64,000 bases of DNA from Burkholderiaceae bacterium (GCA_043788365.1 JAYVTZ010000005.1:77249-141248), one strand, 5' to 3'; counted from the stretch's first letter, positions 42,981-51,816 are shown. Numbers and translations are program-made. Notes: generated from the sequence alone by a model not told the origin.

Positions 42981-45539
42981 CTAGCTACTAGATACGTATC
43001 TAGCCTGTTGGACGGTAATTTTTTCGAGCAATTGCTGATTCTCTTTCAGTTGGTCTTTAGTCTGATCAACAACCGCCTTTGGCGCACTTTTAACATAGCC
43101 TTTATTAGCCAGTCTCGATTCAAGTGAATTAATCGTAGTAGTTATTTTGGCTTTCTGGGCTTCAAGCTGGTTCTGATATTGACCTATGGTAGCGCTGTCG
43201 ACGTCAAGCCAGGCCTGATACTCAACTTGGACGAGCTGCAGTCCAATACCATCATTTACTGTCTTTATATTCTTAAGCTTGGCTAGCTTTTTAACTAGTT
43301 CCGAATTATTTTCTAAAAATGGAGCTTTTTGATAGTACAAGCTACTGTCGTGGAGGTTTAGTTCGGCCGTAAGCTGACGAACTTCACTGACAACTGCGAT
43401 TACCTGTTCAAATTCGCTGGCTTGCTTGTCGCTCAACCTGGAAGCAACAGGCCACTTCTCTACCGCCAAAAGCGTAGTGCTGTTTGAGTTGATAGTCTGC
43501 CATATTGTCTCTGTTAGAAATGGCGCAAAAGGATGAGCGAGTTTAAGAACTGACTCAAATACATCTAAGAGTAGCGGTTTATTAAGTTCAACTTTTGAAG
43601 CCTCAATATACCAACTAGCAAAGTCGTCCCAAACAAAATGGTAGAGCAATTCGTAAGCCTCCGAAAAATTATAACTATCTAGGCTTGCATCAAGTTCCTT
43701 TATCAAGTGTTGTAACTTATACAATATCCAGTGATCGGCCGTATTGTTGGGCTTGGCTTTCTCGCTATGGTCGTAGTCGGCGCCAAGTTTGTCTTCTATG
43801 AAACGAGCGATATTCCAAAGCTTATTACAAAAATTACGGGCTTCCTCCACTCTTCTAGAATCATAGCCGCTATTAACTGCTGCCGAACGCCCGGTGACTA
43901 TGCCTATGCGCAAAGCATCGGAACCATATTGTTCGATAACTGGGAACGGGTCGACAACATTGCCAATTGACTTGCTCATTTTTGAACCGTCTTCAGCCAT
44001 AACATAACCATGGATATAGACGTCCTTAAACGGAATCTCATCTGTTATGTATAGCCCGAGCATTATCATTCTAGATACCCAAGGGTAAAGAATCTCGCCC
44101 CCAGTCTCCATAAGCGACAACGGGTAAAAATCTTTAAAATCGTCGCTGTCTGGGAAATCTAACGTCGCATAAGGCCAGCTCGAACTACTAAACCAAGTGT
44201 CAAAAACATCTGGGTCACGGTGATAGGTTTTGCCATCGACTTCAATTATTTCCTGGCCCACTCTTTCGTCATAAATCCAATCATCTTCATCATCAACATT
44301 TTGGAAAGCCGGTATCGGAATTCCCCAAGCAATTTGTCGACTGATGTTCCAGTCTCGTAGGCCCATAAGATAGTTAGTCAGTTGGTCCTTTTTAGCCTCT
44401 GGGTAGAATTTAATCTTGCCCTCTTCAAGCGCCTCAATAGCTCGCTTGGCTAGCGGCTGCATGTCAACAAACCACTGTTTCATCAGCATTGGCTCGATAA
44501 CCGTGCCACACTTGTAGCACTTGCCTACCCTGTTCTGATAATCCTCGTCAACTTTAACAAGTAGGCCTTTTTCTTTTAGGGCTTGCACGACAGCTTCTCT
44601 AGCGTCTAATATTGTCATGCCTCTGAATCTCCCAGCCTTTTCGTTCATTGTGCCGTCATGATTAATGACTCGAACGGCTGGCAAATTATGCCTGGTTGCT
44701 ACCTCCCAGTCATCAAACGAGTGAGCCGGTGTTATCTTAACTACCCCCGTTCCAAAGGTCATATCTACCATGTCATCGGCAATTACCATGACGTCAAACG
44801 GACCATTGACACCTTCAACTGTCACGGTCTTGCCTACCCAGTCTTTGTATCGATCATCTTTCGGATTAACTGCCACGGCAGTATCACCAAATTTTGTCTC
44901 TGGCCTAGTCGTTGCCAGTTCAAACGGTCCATATTTCATGTAATAAAGTGGTGTTTTGGCATCCTCGTAAACGACTTCGACATCGGCAAAACCAGTGCCA
45001 TGAAATGTACAGTAGTTAACTAGCCGCTCTCCTCTATAAATCAGCTTTTCATCCCACATTTTTTTGAAAGTCTGGAACGCTCGATTGGTTATCTTATCGT
45101 CAAGCGTAAAAGTATAACGAGACCAGTCGCAACTAACACCCATTGCCCGCAACTGTTTCTCAAAACTACCCCTATTCTCAGCCACAAAATCCCAGATTTG
45201 CTTGTATAAATCGTCGCGACTAAACTCAAACCGACTCTTGCCTTCTTTAGCTAGTTTTTTTTCATAAACTGACTGGGTTTCAAAACCGGCATGATCAGCC
45301 CCTGGCAGCAATAATGTCGCCTCGCCTCTCATGCGATGATATCGGGTCAGTATGTCTTGCAGTGCAGCTGTTAATGCATAACCGATGTGTAAATTGGCAT
45401 TTGCATTCGGTGGCGGCATAACAATGCTGTAATTCTTGTCATTATCCCTATGTTTAGGCGCAAATACGCCAGCCTTATCCCATAGAGCATAGATATCGGC
45501 TTCGTACTGATTTGGCTCATAGGTCTTCGGTAAATTCAC
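42981..45539 (-). CDS. valS: Valine--tRNA ligase
   Basis: HIGH-type motif PPPNANANLHIGYA, KMSKS, and a C-terminal coiled coil. GTG start with GGGAGG upstream. Confidence 0.95.
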   Translation of the reverse strand: MNLPKTYEPNQYEADIYALWDKAGVFAPKHRDNDKNYSIVMPPPNANANLHIGYALTAALQDILTRYHRMRGEATLLLPGADHAGFETQSVYEKKLAKEGKSRFEFSRDDLYKQIWDFVAENRGSFEKQLRAMGVSCDWSRYTFTLDDKITNRAFQTFKKMWDEKLIYRGERLVNYCTFHGTGFADVEVVYEDAKTPLYYMKYGPFELATTRPETKFGDTAVAVNPKDDRYKDWVGKTVTVEGVNGPFDVMVIADDMVDMTFGTGVVKITPAHSFDDWEVATRHNLPAVRVINHDGTMNEKAGRFRGMTILDAREAVVQALKEKGLLVKVDEDYQNRVGKCYKCGTVIEPMLMKQWFVDMQPLAKRAIEALEEGKIKFYPEAKKDQLTNYLMGLRDWNISRQIAWGIPIPAFQNVDDEDDWIYDERVGQEIIEVDGKTYHRDPDVFDTWFSSSSWPYATLDFPDSDDFKDFYPLSLMETGGEILYPWVSRMIMLGLYITDEIPFKDVYIHGYVMAEDGSKMSKSIGNVVDPFPVIEQYGSDALRIGIVTGRSAAVNSGYDSRRVEEARNFCNKLWNIARFIEDKLGADYDHSEKAKPNNTADHWILYKLQHLIKELDASLDSYNFSEAYELLYHFVWDDFASWYIEASKVELNKPLLLDVFESVLKLAHPFAPFLTETIWQTINSNSTTLLAVEKWPVASRLSDKQASEFEQVIAVVSEVRQLTAELNLHDSSLYYQKAPFLENNSELVKKLAKLKNIKTVNDGIGLQLVQVEYQAWLDVDSATIGQYQNQLEAQKAKITTTINSLESRLANKGYVKSAPKAVVDQTKDQLKENQQLLEKITVQQARYVSSS

Positions 45540-45788
45540 ACTAATTCCTCCCTAGAGAAAACAAATAGATACCCGTACATCATACCACCTCTTAATAAAT
45601 AATTCATAACAGAGGTCAGTATTTCACGTGAAATACAATAGAATACCAAGGTTTTATCCCTTAAAACCCTAGTTCTCTACCACATTACTGACTTTGTTTT
45701 CGTCAGGAAATGTCCCACTCGGCATATCCTAAAGTGCTCCGACCGCCCGAAGGACGGTAGGAACACCTGGTTTTTGTTTTCACTTGTT
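45540..45788 (-). promoter_or_regulatory. ~250-nt structured valS 5' leader (candidate riboregulator, T-box-like elements unconfirmed)
   Basis: Candidate promoter TTGCAC-N17-TATGCT (45789-45817). Extended hairpin GTGTTCC..CCGTCC TTCG GGCGG..GGAGCAC. 18-nt perfect palindrome GTATTTCACGTGAAATAC (45619-45636). ACCTCT can pair with either AGAGGT or the SD. AGAGA, AGTA and GGTGGTA motifs are present. Confidence 0.35.
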
Positions 45789-45853
45789 AGCATAACCACA
45801 AACTAAAAACCGTGCAATATTGACAATTTGTATAATATATATTGTTGTAAGTA

Positions 45854-46924
45854 TTACATTGATAGATTTGATTGAATTTCAAGAGAGTAAGGGTCGGCAG
45901 TGGGCTGATTCAACATGGCTTTATAACAGCCCAAAGTCGCAATCATGGCGCCATTATCAGTGCAGAGTTTTATATCGGTGTAGTTGACGGGCAGGGGAAT
46001 TCTGTTGATTAATTGTCTCCTAAGTTCTTGACTAGCCGCCACACCGCCACCAATTACCACGCTGGCTGGACCAAATTCTTCAAACGCAAGTGCTGCTTTG
46101 TCGACAACAGTTTCAATTGCTATACGTTGGAAGCTGGCAGCAATGTCGGCTTTCTGGGCATCGTTAAGCAGCTCTGACAGGCCGAAAGACGGAAATTCGT
46201 GTGTTTTACCACAAAGTTTCTGGGCCGTCCTTAAAACGGCTGTTTTCGGGCCAGAAAAGCTAAAATCATAAGGCTTGTCGAGTTTAGCTTTAGGAAAACT
46301 AAATGCATCAGGATTGCCATTCTCGGCTGCGACGGCAATACTTGGACCACCAGGGTAGGGGAGGCCAATTATTTTAGCAACTTTATCGAAAGCTTCACCG
46401 ATGGCATCATCATGAGTTTGGCCGAGCAGGGTATAGTCAAAGTGGTCCCTGAATAATACTAGTTGGGTATGGCCACCGCTGACAATCAGAGCCAACATTG
46501 GGAAAACAGGAGTGGTAGGTGGTAGGTGGTAGGTGGTAGACAAGGCAGGGGAGGTTTCGGTTAAGAAGTTAGCATAAACGTGCCCTTCAACGTGATTAAC
46601 AGCGTAGAGTGGTTTATGTTTGATAATGGCGAGCGTTCTTGCGGTCATAACGCCGACCAGCAAACAACCACCTAGACCAGCGCCATAGGTTACAGCAATA
46701 CCGTCGATTTGATCCCAGCCACAATCAGCGTCAGCCAAGGCCTGCTCAACAACTGGCTCAATTGACTCAATATGACTACGCGCGGCGATTTCTGGCACAA
46801 CACCACCGTACTTAGCGTGGATATCCATGCTACTGGCTACAACGTTAGACAATAATCGTTTACCATCTTCAACCACAGCAGCAGCCGTCTCGTCACAACT
46901 AGTCTCGATTCCAAGTATTCTCAT
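45854..46924 (-). CDS. tsaD: tRNA N6-adenosine threonylcarbamoyltransferase TsaD
   Basis: MRILGIETSCDET, HVEGH and VSGGHTQL motifs. Confidence 0.95.
   Translation of the reverse strand: MRILGIETSCDETAAAVVEDGKRLLSNVVASSMDIHAKYGGVVPEIAARSHIESIEPVVEQALADADCGWDQIDGIAVTYGAGLGGCLLVGVMTARTLAIIKHKPLYAVNHVEGHVYANFLTETSPALSTTYHLPPTTPVFPMLALIVSGGHTQLVLFRDHFDYTLLGQTHDDAIGEAFDKVAKIIGLPYPGGPSIAVAAENGNPDAFSFPKAKLDKPYDFSFSGPKTAVLRTAQKLCGKTHEFPSFGLSELLNDAQKADIAASFQRIAIETVVDKAALAFEEFGPASVVIGGGVAASQELRRQLINRIPLPVNYTDIKLCTDNGAMIATLGCYKAMLNQPTADPYSLEIQSNLSM
46512..46539. repeat. Four perfect tandem copies of the heptamer GTGGTAG inside tsaD
   Basis: Read directly. It encodes STTYHLPPTT within an insertion between the HxxxH and VSGGHT motifs. 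Confidence 0.9.
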
Positions 46925-46992
46925 CGGTATAGATTATAACTTATCGTCTGGCTGCGGATGATTTTAAAACTAGATGGGCTATAATTATGCCC

Positions 46993-48351
46993 ATGAATGT
47001 CAGAAGTGTAGTTAAAAAAGTAGTACCCTCAAACCTCTTCGAGGCGATTGAGCCCTACGGCCATAAGGCCGAGGCGATGCTTTATCAAACAAAGCACGGT
47101 TTCCCGGCCAAAGGCTTAAAGATAATTGGTGTAACAGGGACCGATGGCAAAACTAGTACTTCTACTCTAATTACCCAGATGCTTAGAAATAGTGGCCTAA
47201 GTGTCGCCATGATGACGACTATTTCGATCGATTATGGCGACGGTAAGGGACCTATACCTAACCCCACCCGGTTGACCAGTATGGGTGCACAACAGCTAGT
47301 ACATGAGTTGGGTAAAATCAAAAAAGCTGGTGCTAATTGGCTGGTTCTAGAAACCACTTCCCATGCTTTAGCCCAACACCGTGTTTGGGGCGTACCATAT
47401 CATCTAGTTGTCATGACTAACGTCAGCCACGAACATCTTGACTATCATCATACTTTCGAACGCTACCGTGATGCTAAACGTCTATTGTTTAAGCAAGCCA
47501 ATCGTAACAAAAAAGGGCTGCAGGTCGGAATCCTAAACGCCGAAGACCCGAGTGCTGAACTTTTTGCCAGTGATGTTGCTCATCCGCTCAGTTATGGGAT
47601 TAAAAAGGGAGATTTGAGAGCTAAAAACGTTAAGCTAACTCCGGCCGGTAGCCATTACACCGCCACCATAGGCAACGATTCTTATGACATACATTGCCAC
47701 ATTCCTGGTAGTTTTAACGTTTATAACTCGTTGGCGGCAACCCTGGTCGGCCGTACCATTGGCCTAACAAAAGCCGAGATTGAAGAGGGAATCGATAGCC
47801 TGAAGTCAGTTGAGGGTCGCATGACTAGAGTTGATGAAGGCCAAGATTTTGACGTAATTGTTGATTATGCCCACACTCCAGAAAGTTTCGAGAAAGTATT
47901 TAAAGAAGTTAGGCCGTTGGTGCAGGGAAGACTAATCGTAGTCTTTGGCAGTGCTGGTCGTCGTGACGAAGCCAAACGAGCCGCCCAAGGCGAAGTCGCC
48001 GGTAGATATTGTGATGTCGTTATTACCACAGAGGAGGACGACCGTGACATTGATGGTCAAGAAATCTTAGAACAAATTGCTGCTGGGGCAGTGAAGGCCG
48101 GCAAAGAACAATCTAAAGACTTGTTTCTGATCCACGCCCGCGAAAAAGCCATCGAAAAGGCCATCGAAATGGCAAAAAAGGGCGATATGATTCTGCTACT
48201 TGGCAAAGGCCACGAAAAATCCATACTCAGTAATGGTCCTGAAGCCGCCGAACTAAGACACCTCGTCCAAGATGACTCTGACCCGAGGCGCGTCATAAAG
48301 AGAGCATTTGACGAAGTTACGGAAGCACGAAAAATTCTAAAACATCTTTGA
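46993..48351 (+). CDS. murE: Mur ligase, MurE-like (UDP-MurNAc-L-Ala-D-Glu:diamino-acid ligase)
   Basis: GVTGTDGKTST P-loop and DYAHTPES motif. The ATG at 46993 is 7 nt after TATAAT; the track start at 46987 is 1 nt after it. Confidence 0.8.
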   Translation: MNVRSVVKKVVPSNLFEAIEPYGHKAEAMLYQTKHGFPAKGLKIIGVTGTDGKTSTSTLITQMLRNSGLSVAMMTTISIDYGDGKGPIPNPTRLTSMGAQQLVHELGKIKKAGANWLVLETTSHALAQHRVWGVPYHLVVMTNVSHEHLDYHHTFERYRDAKRLLFKQANRNKKGLQVGILNAEDPSAELFASDVAHPLSYGIKKGDLRAKNVKLTPAGSHYTATIGNDSYDIHCHIPGSFNVYNSLAATLVGRTIGLTKAEIEEGIDSLKSVEGRMTRVDEGQDFDVIVDYAHTPESFEKVFKEVRPLVQGRLIVVFGSAGRRDEAKRAAQGEVAGRYCDVVITTEEDDRDIDGQEILEQIAAGAVKAGKEQSKDLFLIHAREKAIEKAIEMAKKGDMILLLGKGHEKSILSNGPEAAELRHLVQDDSDPRRVIKRAFDEVTEARKILKHL

Positions 48352-48353
48352 GA

Positions 48354-49289
48354 TTATCTTTCGAGTCTGTTGTGGGCCATATAGTAACTGGCATACCAGC
48401 TATAGTCGTGTCCCAAAAACTTAGCAATAAGTTCAATGCCTAACTCGGCAGTTTTGTGGTCAATATCTTGCAAAGGATTGTATTCAACAACGTCAATACC
48501 GACGACGTTGCAGTGTGAACCAATATATTCGGCAATCGCGGCAATTTCACGATAAGTCAGGCCACGTTTGTTGGGCATACCAGCACCAGGTGCATAAATC
48601 ATGTCTATTACGTCCAGGTCCAAACTTACCCAGATATTGCTAACTTTTTGGCTGAGTTCATCAATCATGCCCATAAGCGGTGCCATGCCGTGCATTAACA
48701 AGTCATTCAGCATAAAGGTTTTGATATCCTCGGATTTAACTAACTCCAACTCTGGTTTATCAAAATCACTGCCACCGATGTGAAGCAGGTTGTCTTTATT
48801 CAGCTTAATTTGGTCGCCGTAGACGTGTGCCAGTTCGGGCGCACCATAACCCATTAGCGATGCTAGGTGCATGCCATGAATATTGCCAGACATGGTTGTT
48901 TCGTTGGTGTTCATGTCACCATGGGCATCGAGATAAATTACACCAACATCACCATTTAATGCACTTGAGGCTCCTGAAACCACTCCAAGATTAATAGAGT
49001 GATCACCGCCGATGGCAATAACTTTTACGCCTTCGCCGATTAAATCATCTACAATTCCGGCCGACAACTCAGAAACACGAATAATTTCATCCAGATACCT
49101 AAGGCTTTGTGTACCGGGGTTTAGCCCTGACCTATCGACAGCACCAATATCACCCCTATCAGTAACGTTAAGCCCAGCACTGTTTAATTTATCGATTATT
49201 TTACATTCACGAAATGCTTTTGGCCCATCTGCCACGCCAAGATTTTCTGCGCCCAGATCTAATGCTATGCCCAAGACAACTGTTTTCAT
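48354..49289 (-). CDS. Arginase-family ureohydrolase (arginase-like)
   Basis: GGDHS, DAHGDMNT, SGNIHGMHL and SLDLDVID Mn-binding motifs. TGTTATAAT lies 6 nt upstream of the ATG. Confidence 0.85.
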   Translation of the reverse strand: MKTVVLGIALDLGAENLGVADGPKAFRECKIIDKLNSAGLNVTDRGDIGAVDRSGLNPGTQSLRYLDEIIRVSELSAGIVDDLIGEGVKVIAIGGDHSINLGVVSGASSALNGDVGVIYLDAHGDMNTNETTMSGNIHGMHLASLMGYGAPELAHVYGDQIKLNKDNLLHIGGSDFDKPELELVKSEDIKTFMLNDLLMHGMAPLMGMIDELSQKVSNIWVSLDLDVIDMIYAPGAGMPNKRGLTYREIAAIAEYIGSHCNVVGIDVVEYNPLQDIDHKTAELGIELIAKFLGHDYSWYASYYMAHNRLER

Positions 49290-49330
49290 AAGTCAATTAT
49301 AACAGTCTATTTTAGAATAAATTCTTCTGG

Positions 49331-49855
49331 CTAACTGCCGCCAGATAATAAATCGTCACGGATAACCATTAAAAGTTTACCTAAATGATTTAAACCTGCC
49401 CCATTTTGTGGTGGAGATACGCCCCAAAAGGTATCGCCATGCTTATTGCCTTCAACCAGTTCTTTATCCCCTGTATCTATCAATTTTCTAGCAAGATCGG
49501 GATTTTGTGTAAATTTTTGACGATTATAATTTAGCATCACGTCGACTTTTATCACTTCCCAGTCTTCTCGAATCGGTATTCCTCTTTCGACCAATTCAAT
49601 AGCCCGTCGTTTGGCTTCTAGACCATCCTCTGCCGTAGCCACATATGCTTGTGCTTCTGGATCGGTGAATTTAGTCAGCTGATAGGCATGTTCTGTCGTG
49701 TCAACTAAACCAACAGGAGTTTCGATACCCGACTCAACCCGCGACATATTATTAAGAAAAAAGTTGCGTTTTTTAAATCTAGTGATTGAATTAGTGGGCA
49801 CAGTTTTCTTCAGAGCTTCCGGATATTTGCCAAAGTCTTCAAATGTTTCACCCAT
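49331..49855 (-). CDS. NADAR (DUF1768/YbiA-like) domain protein
   Basis: TEHAYQLTKF, EDWEVIKVDVMLNYNRQKF, LVEGNKHGDTFWG and GLNHLGKLLMVIRD align to the YbiA pattern (SEHYFQAQKF...W..K..M...KF...LVE...D.YWG...G.N.LG.LLM.LR). Confidence 0.85.
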   Translation of the reverse strand: MGETFEDFGKYPEALKKTVPTNSITRFKKRNFFLNNMSRVESGIETPVGLVDTTEHAYQLTKFTDPEAQAYVATAEDGLEAKRRAIELVERGIPIREDWEVIKVDVMLNYNRQKFTQNPDLARKLIDTGDKELVEGNKHGDTFWGVSPPQNGAGLNHLGKLLMVIRDDLLSGGS

Positions 49856-49861
49856 GATATT

Positions 49862-51178
49862 TTATATTCCCTTAGGTATTTTAAGCTCTTTACGAATTTG
49901 GTTGCGTCTTAATTGCTCATGATCAAGAACTTCTTTTAGGAGTCCTTGTTTATAGGTTAGTCTTTCAAACTTCGAATCATCTACTTCTTCGCTCATTTCA
50001 GCGTTAAGCCCAGATAACCTATTTAATACTCTTATAACTCCAGCATTTTTCCTAGCAATTTCGTCTAGTGCGGCTTGATTTTCGGCAGCAGCTTCGACTG
50101 GTTCGGGGCGATATTGAACTGGTTGAAGCTTAAATAGGTGAGGTGCTGGCAGAAAAACACCTTTCTCGGCGGTATATCGCTGCATCTCTATGATTCTATG
50201 TTCGGCCCCATAGTTTACCGTGCAGTGGGCTCCAACCATACTAACATCCCTATAGCTTGTCCCCTCGGGAAGATCTTGCTTAAACACCGCACGATAGGTA
50301 ATACCCTCAGCTTCGTCATGCGAACTCGAAAGAGCAATTGCATGCACTTCTGTAGCGCCATCATCAACAGTTATATCTCTTTCCTGCGCGGCGAGCTTAG
50401 CTTTGTCGACATATTCCTTTGAAGATCCGCCACTAATCACCCAGTCATCAAGTATTACCAATCGCCCATCATCTTGCCAGTTGTCGGGATTTGTATTTAA
50501 TCTCGTAGTGGCTCTGACTCTTTCGTCATCAGACAACGCTGCCAACTCCTTACCGACAACTTCCATCACCTTGCTAAGAGCATAGTGATTGCTTTTCGCA
50601 GGAGAGTCATCACGACTCGGCACATAGACATTGATTGGCTTGCCGCCCTCCGAGGTTAATTCAGCTACCCAAGCTTTAGCGATAAATTCTGCACCCTCAT
50701 CAAACTTGTCCTCGCTTAAATATCCAAGCCCACTCTTAAATGTTTCTACCTCTTCGGCATATGCATCATCTCCAGTTTGGACTGCAACAGCACTAACTTG
50801 ATCTAAATATGAACCTAAATCAACAATTGCGTCACCCTCACGCATAACAGGTTCTGTGTGTAGAGCGTAGTAATATTTTGGCTCGATAGGGGCGGCAAAA
50901 GCTTTGGGTTTATAAAATAAATCCCTTGAGTAGGCTTGTGGATTAGTCTCAACATCTTGAATGGTCTCTGTTAGAGTCGGCATTTTATCTACCCAGCCCC
51001 GTTCCCAGAAGTCTGCAATTCTTTCTTGAGTTGTATCAACTGGTCGTACCTCGACTTCTGAACCAACCGAGTACCAATTTCGCATCATTACATCTCTAGA
51101 GTCTTTCGGTATTGTGTCCCAATCTAAAGAAGCTCTGGTAGGGCTAATGTTGGGTGGGCTGGGTATATTAGCGGACAT
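49862..51178 (-). CDS. 437-aa protein with a central phosphoribosyltransferase-like (type I PRT/ComF-like) motif, function unknown
   Basis: LVILDDWVISGGS (50423-50461) resembles the PRPP-binding loop VVVVDDLLATGGT. VYVPSRDDS..SNHYAL lies 53 aa upstream. Start at the ATG at 51176-51178 with GAGG 6 nt upstream. Confidence 0.6.
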   Translation of the reverse strand: MSANIPSPPNISPTRASLDWDTIPKDSRDVMMRNWYSVGSEVEVRPVDTTQERIADFWERGWVDKMPTLTETIQDVETNPQAYSRDLFYKPKAFAAPIEPKYYYALHTEPVMREGDAIVDLGSYLDQVSAVAVQTGDDAYAEEVETFKSGLGYLSEDKFDEGAEFIAKAWVAELTSEGGKPINVYVPSRDDSPAKSNHYALSKVMEVVGKELAALSDDERVRATTRLNTNPDNWQDDGRLVILDDWVISGGSSKEYVDKAKLAAQERDITVDDGATEVHAIALSSSHDEAEGITYRAVFKQDLPEGTSYRDVSMVGAHCTVNYGAEHRIIEMQRYTAEKGVFLPAPHLFKLQPVQYRPEPVEAAAENQAALDEIARKNAGVIRVLNRLSGLNAEMSEEVDDSKFERLTYKQGLLKEVLDHEQLRRNQIRKELKIPKGI

Positions 51179-51434
51179 GTTCAGCCTCGGTGCCATGATC
51201 AATATTAGCGCTAGCCTGTAAGTATGCATCAGCGGCACTGACAGAATCATCGGCTAGTAATATATCTGCCATACTATTTGCAACTTGTGCTCGGCGTCTG
51301 TCGCTATCAGTCATTTCATATGCCTGTGCGAGTTCTAGGGTCGAACCAGAAACTACCCTATAGGTTCGGGCCTGAAAATCGACTTGTATAACGTTATGAT
51401 TAGAGTGATTCGTCACATATAGACTGTAACACAT
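51168..51434 (-). CDS. Small hypothetical protein, 88 aa (uncertain)
   Basis: ORF overlaps the downstream start by 11 nt. No SD and no -10 at the right distance. Confidence 0.3.
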   Translation of the reverse strand: MCYSLYVTNHSNHNVIQVDFQARTYRVVSGSTLELAQAYEMTDSDRRRAQVANSMADILLADDSVSAADAYLQASANIDHGTEAEHVR

Positions 51435-51493
51435 TTTGTGCTTATTTGCAATATTATTGGTTACTTTTTTGTTGTGGTTTGATGTTCAAAGTA

Positions 51494-51523
51494 TTGGCAC
51501 TCTTAGGAGATGAGTGCTAAAAT
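51494..51523 (+). promoter_or_regulatory. CIRCE operator (HrcA site) overlapping the groES promoter
   Basis: TTGGCACTC-N9-GAGTGCTAA (51494-51520). The -35 TTGGCA (51494-51499) and -10 TAAAAT (51518-51523) are 18 nt apart. Confidence 0.85.
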
Positions 51524-51549
51524 ATGGATTGAAGTAATTTGGAGGTTAT

Positions 51550-51816
51550 ATGAAAGTACCTATTCAACCACTTGGTGACTTTGTCGTCGCCAAACAAGAG
51601 CAGGCCGAAACCAAGACAGCAAGTGGCCTTTATCTACCAGAAAAGTCGGCCGACAAGCCAAAAATTGCCGTCGTCATCGCGGTCGGCAAAGACACTAAAG
51701 AAGTAAAAGTGGGTGATAAGATTGTCTACGGTGGTTATAGCCACAATCCAATCAAAGTTGAAGGCATTGAATATATGCTAATTAAACAAGAAGATATTTT
51801 GGCGGTAATTAAGTAA
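51550..51816 (+). CDS. groES: Co-chaperonin GroES
   Basis: 88 aa. IQPLGDFVV...ASGLYLPE is typical. GGAGG lies upstream. Confidence 0.95.
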   Translation: MKVPIQPLGDFVVAKQEQAETKTASGLYLPEKSADKPKIAVVIAVGKDTKEVKVGDKIVYGGYSHNPIKVEGIEYMLIKQEDILAVIK

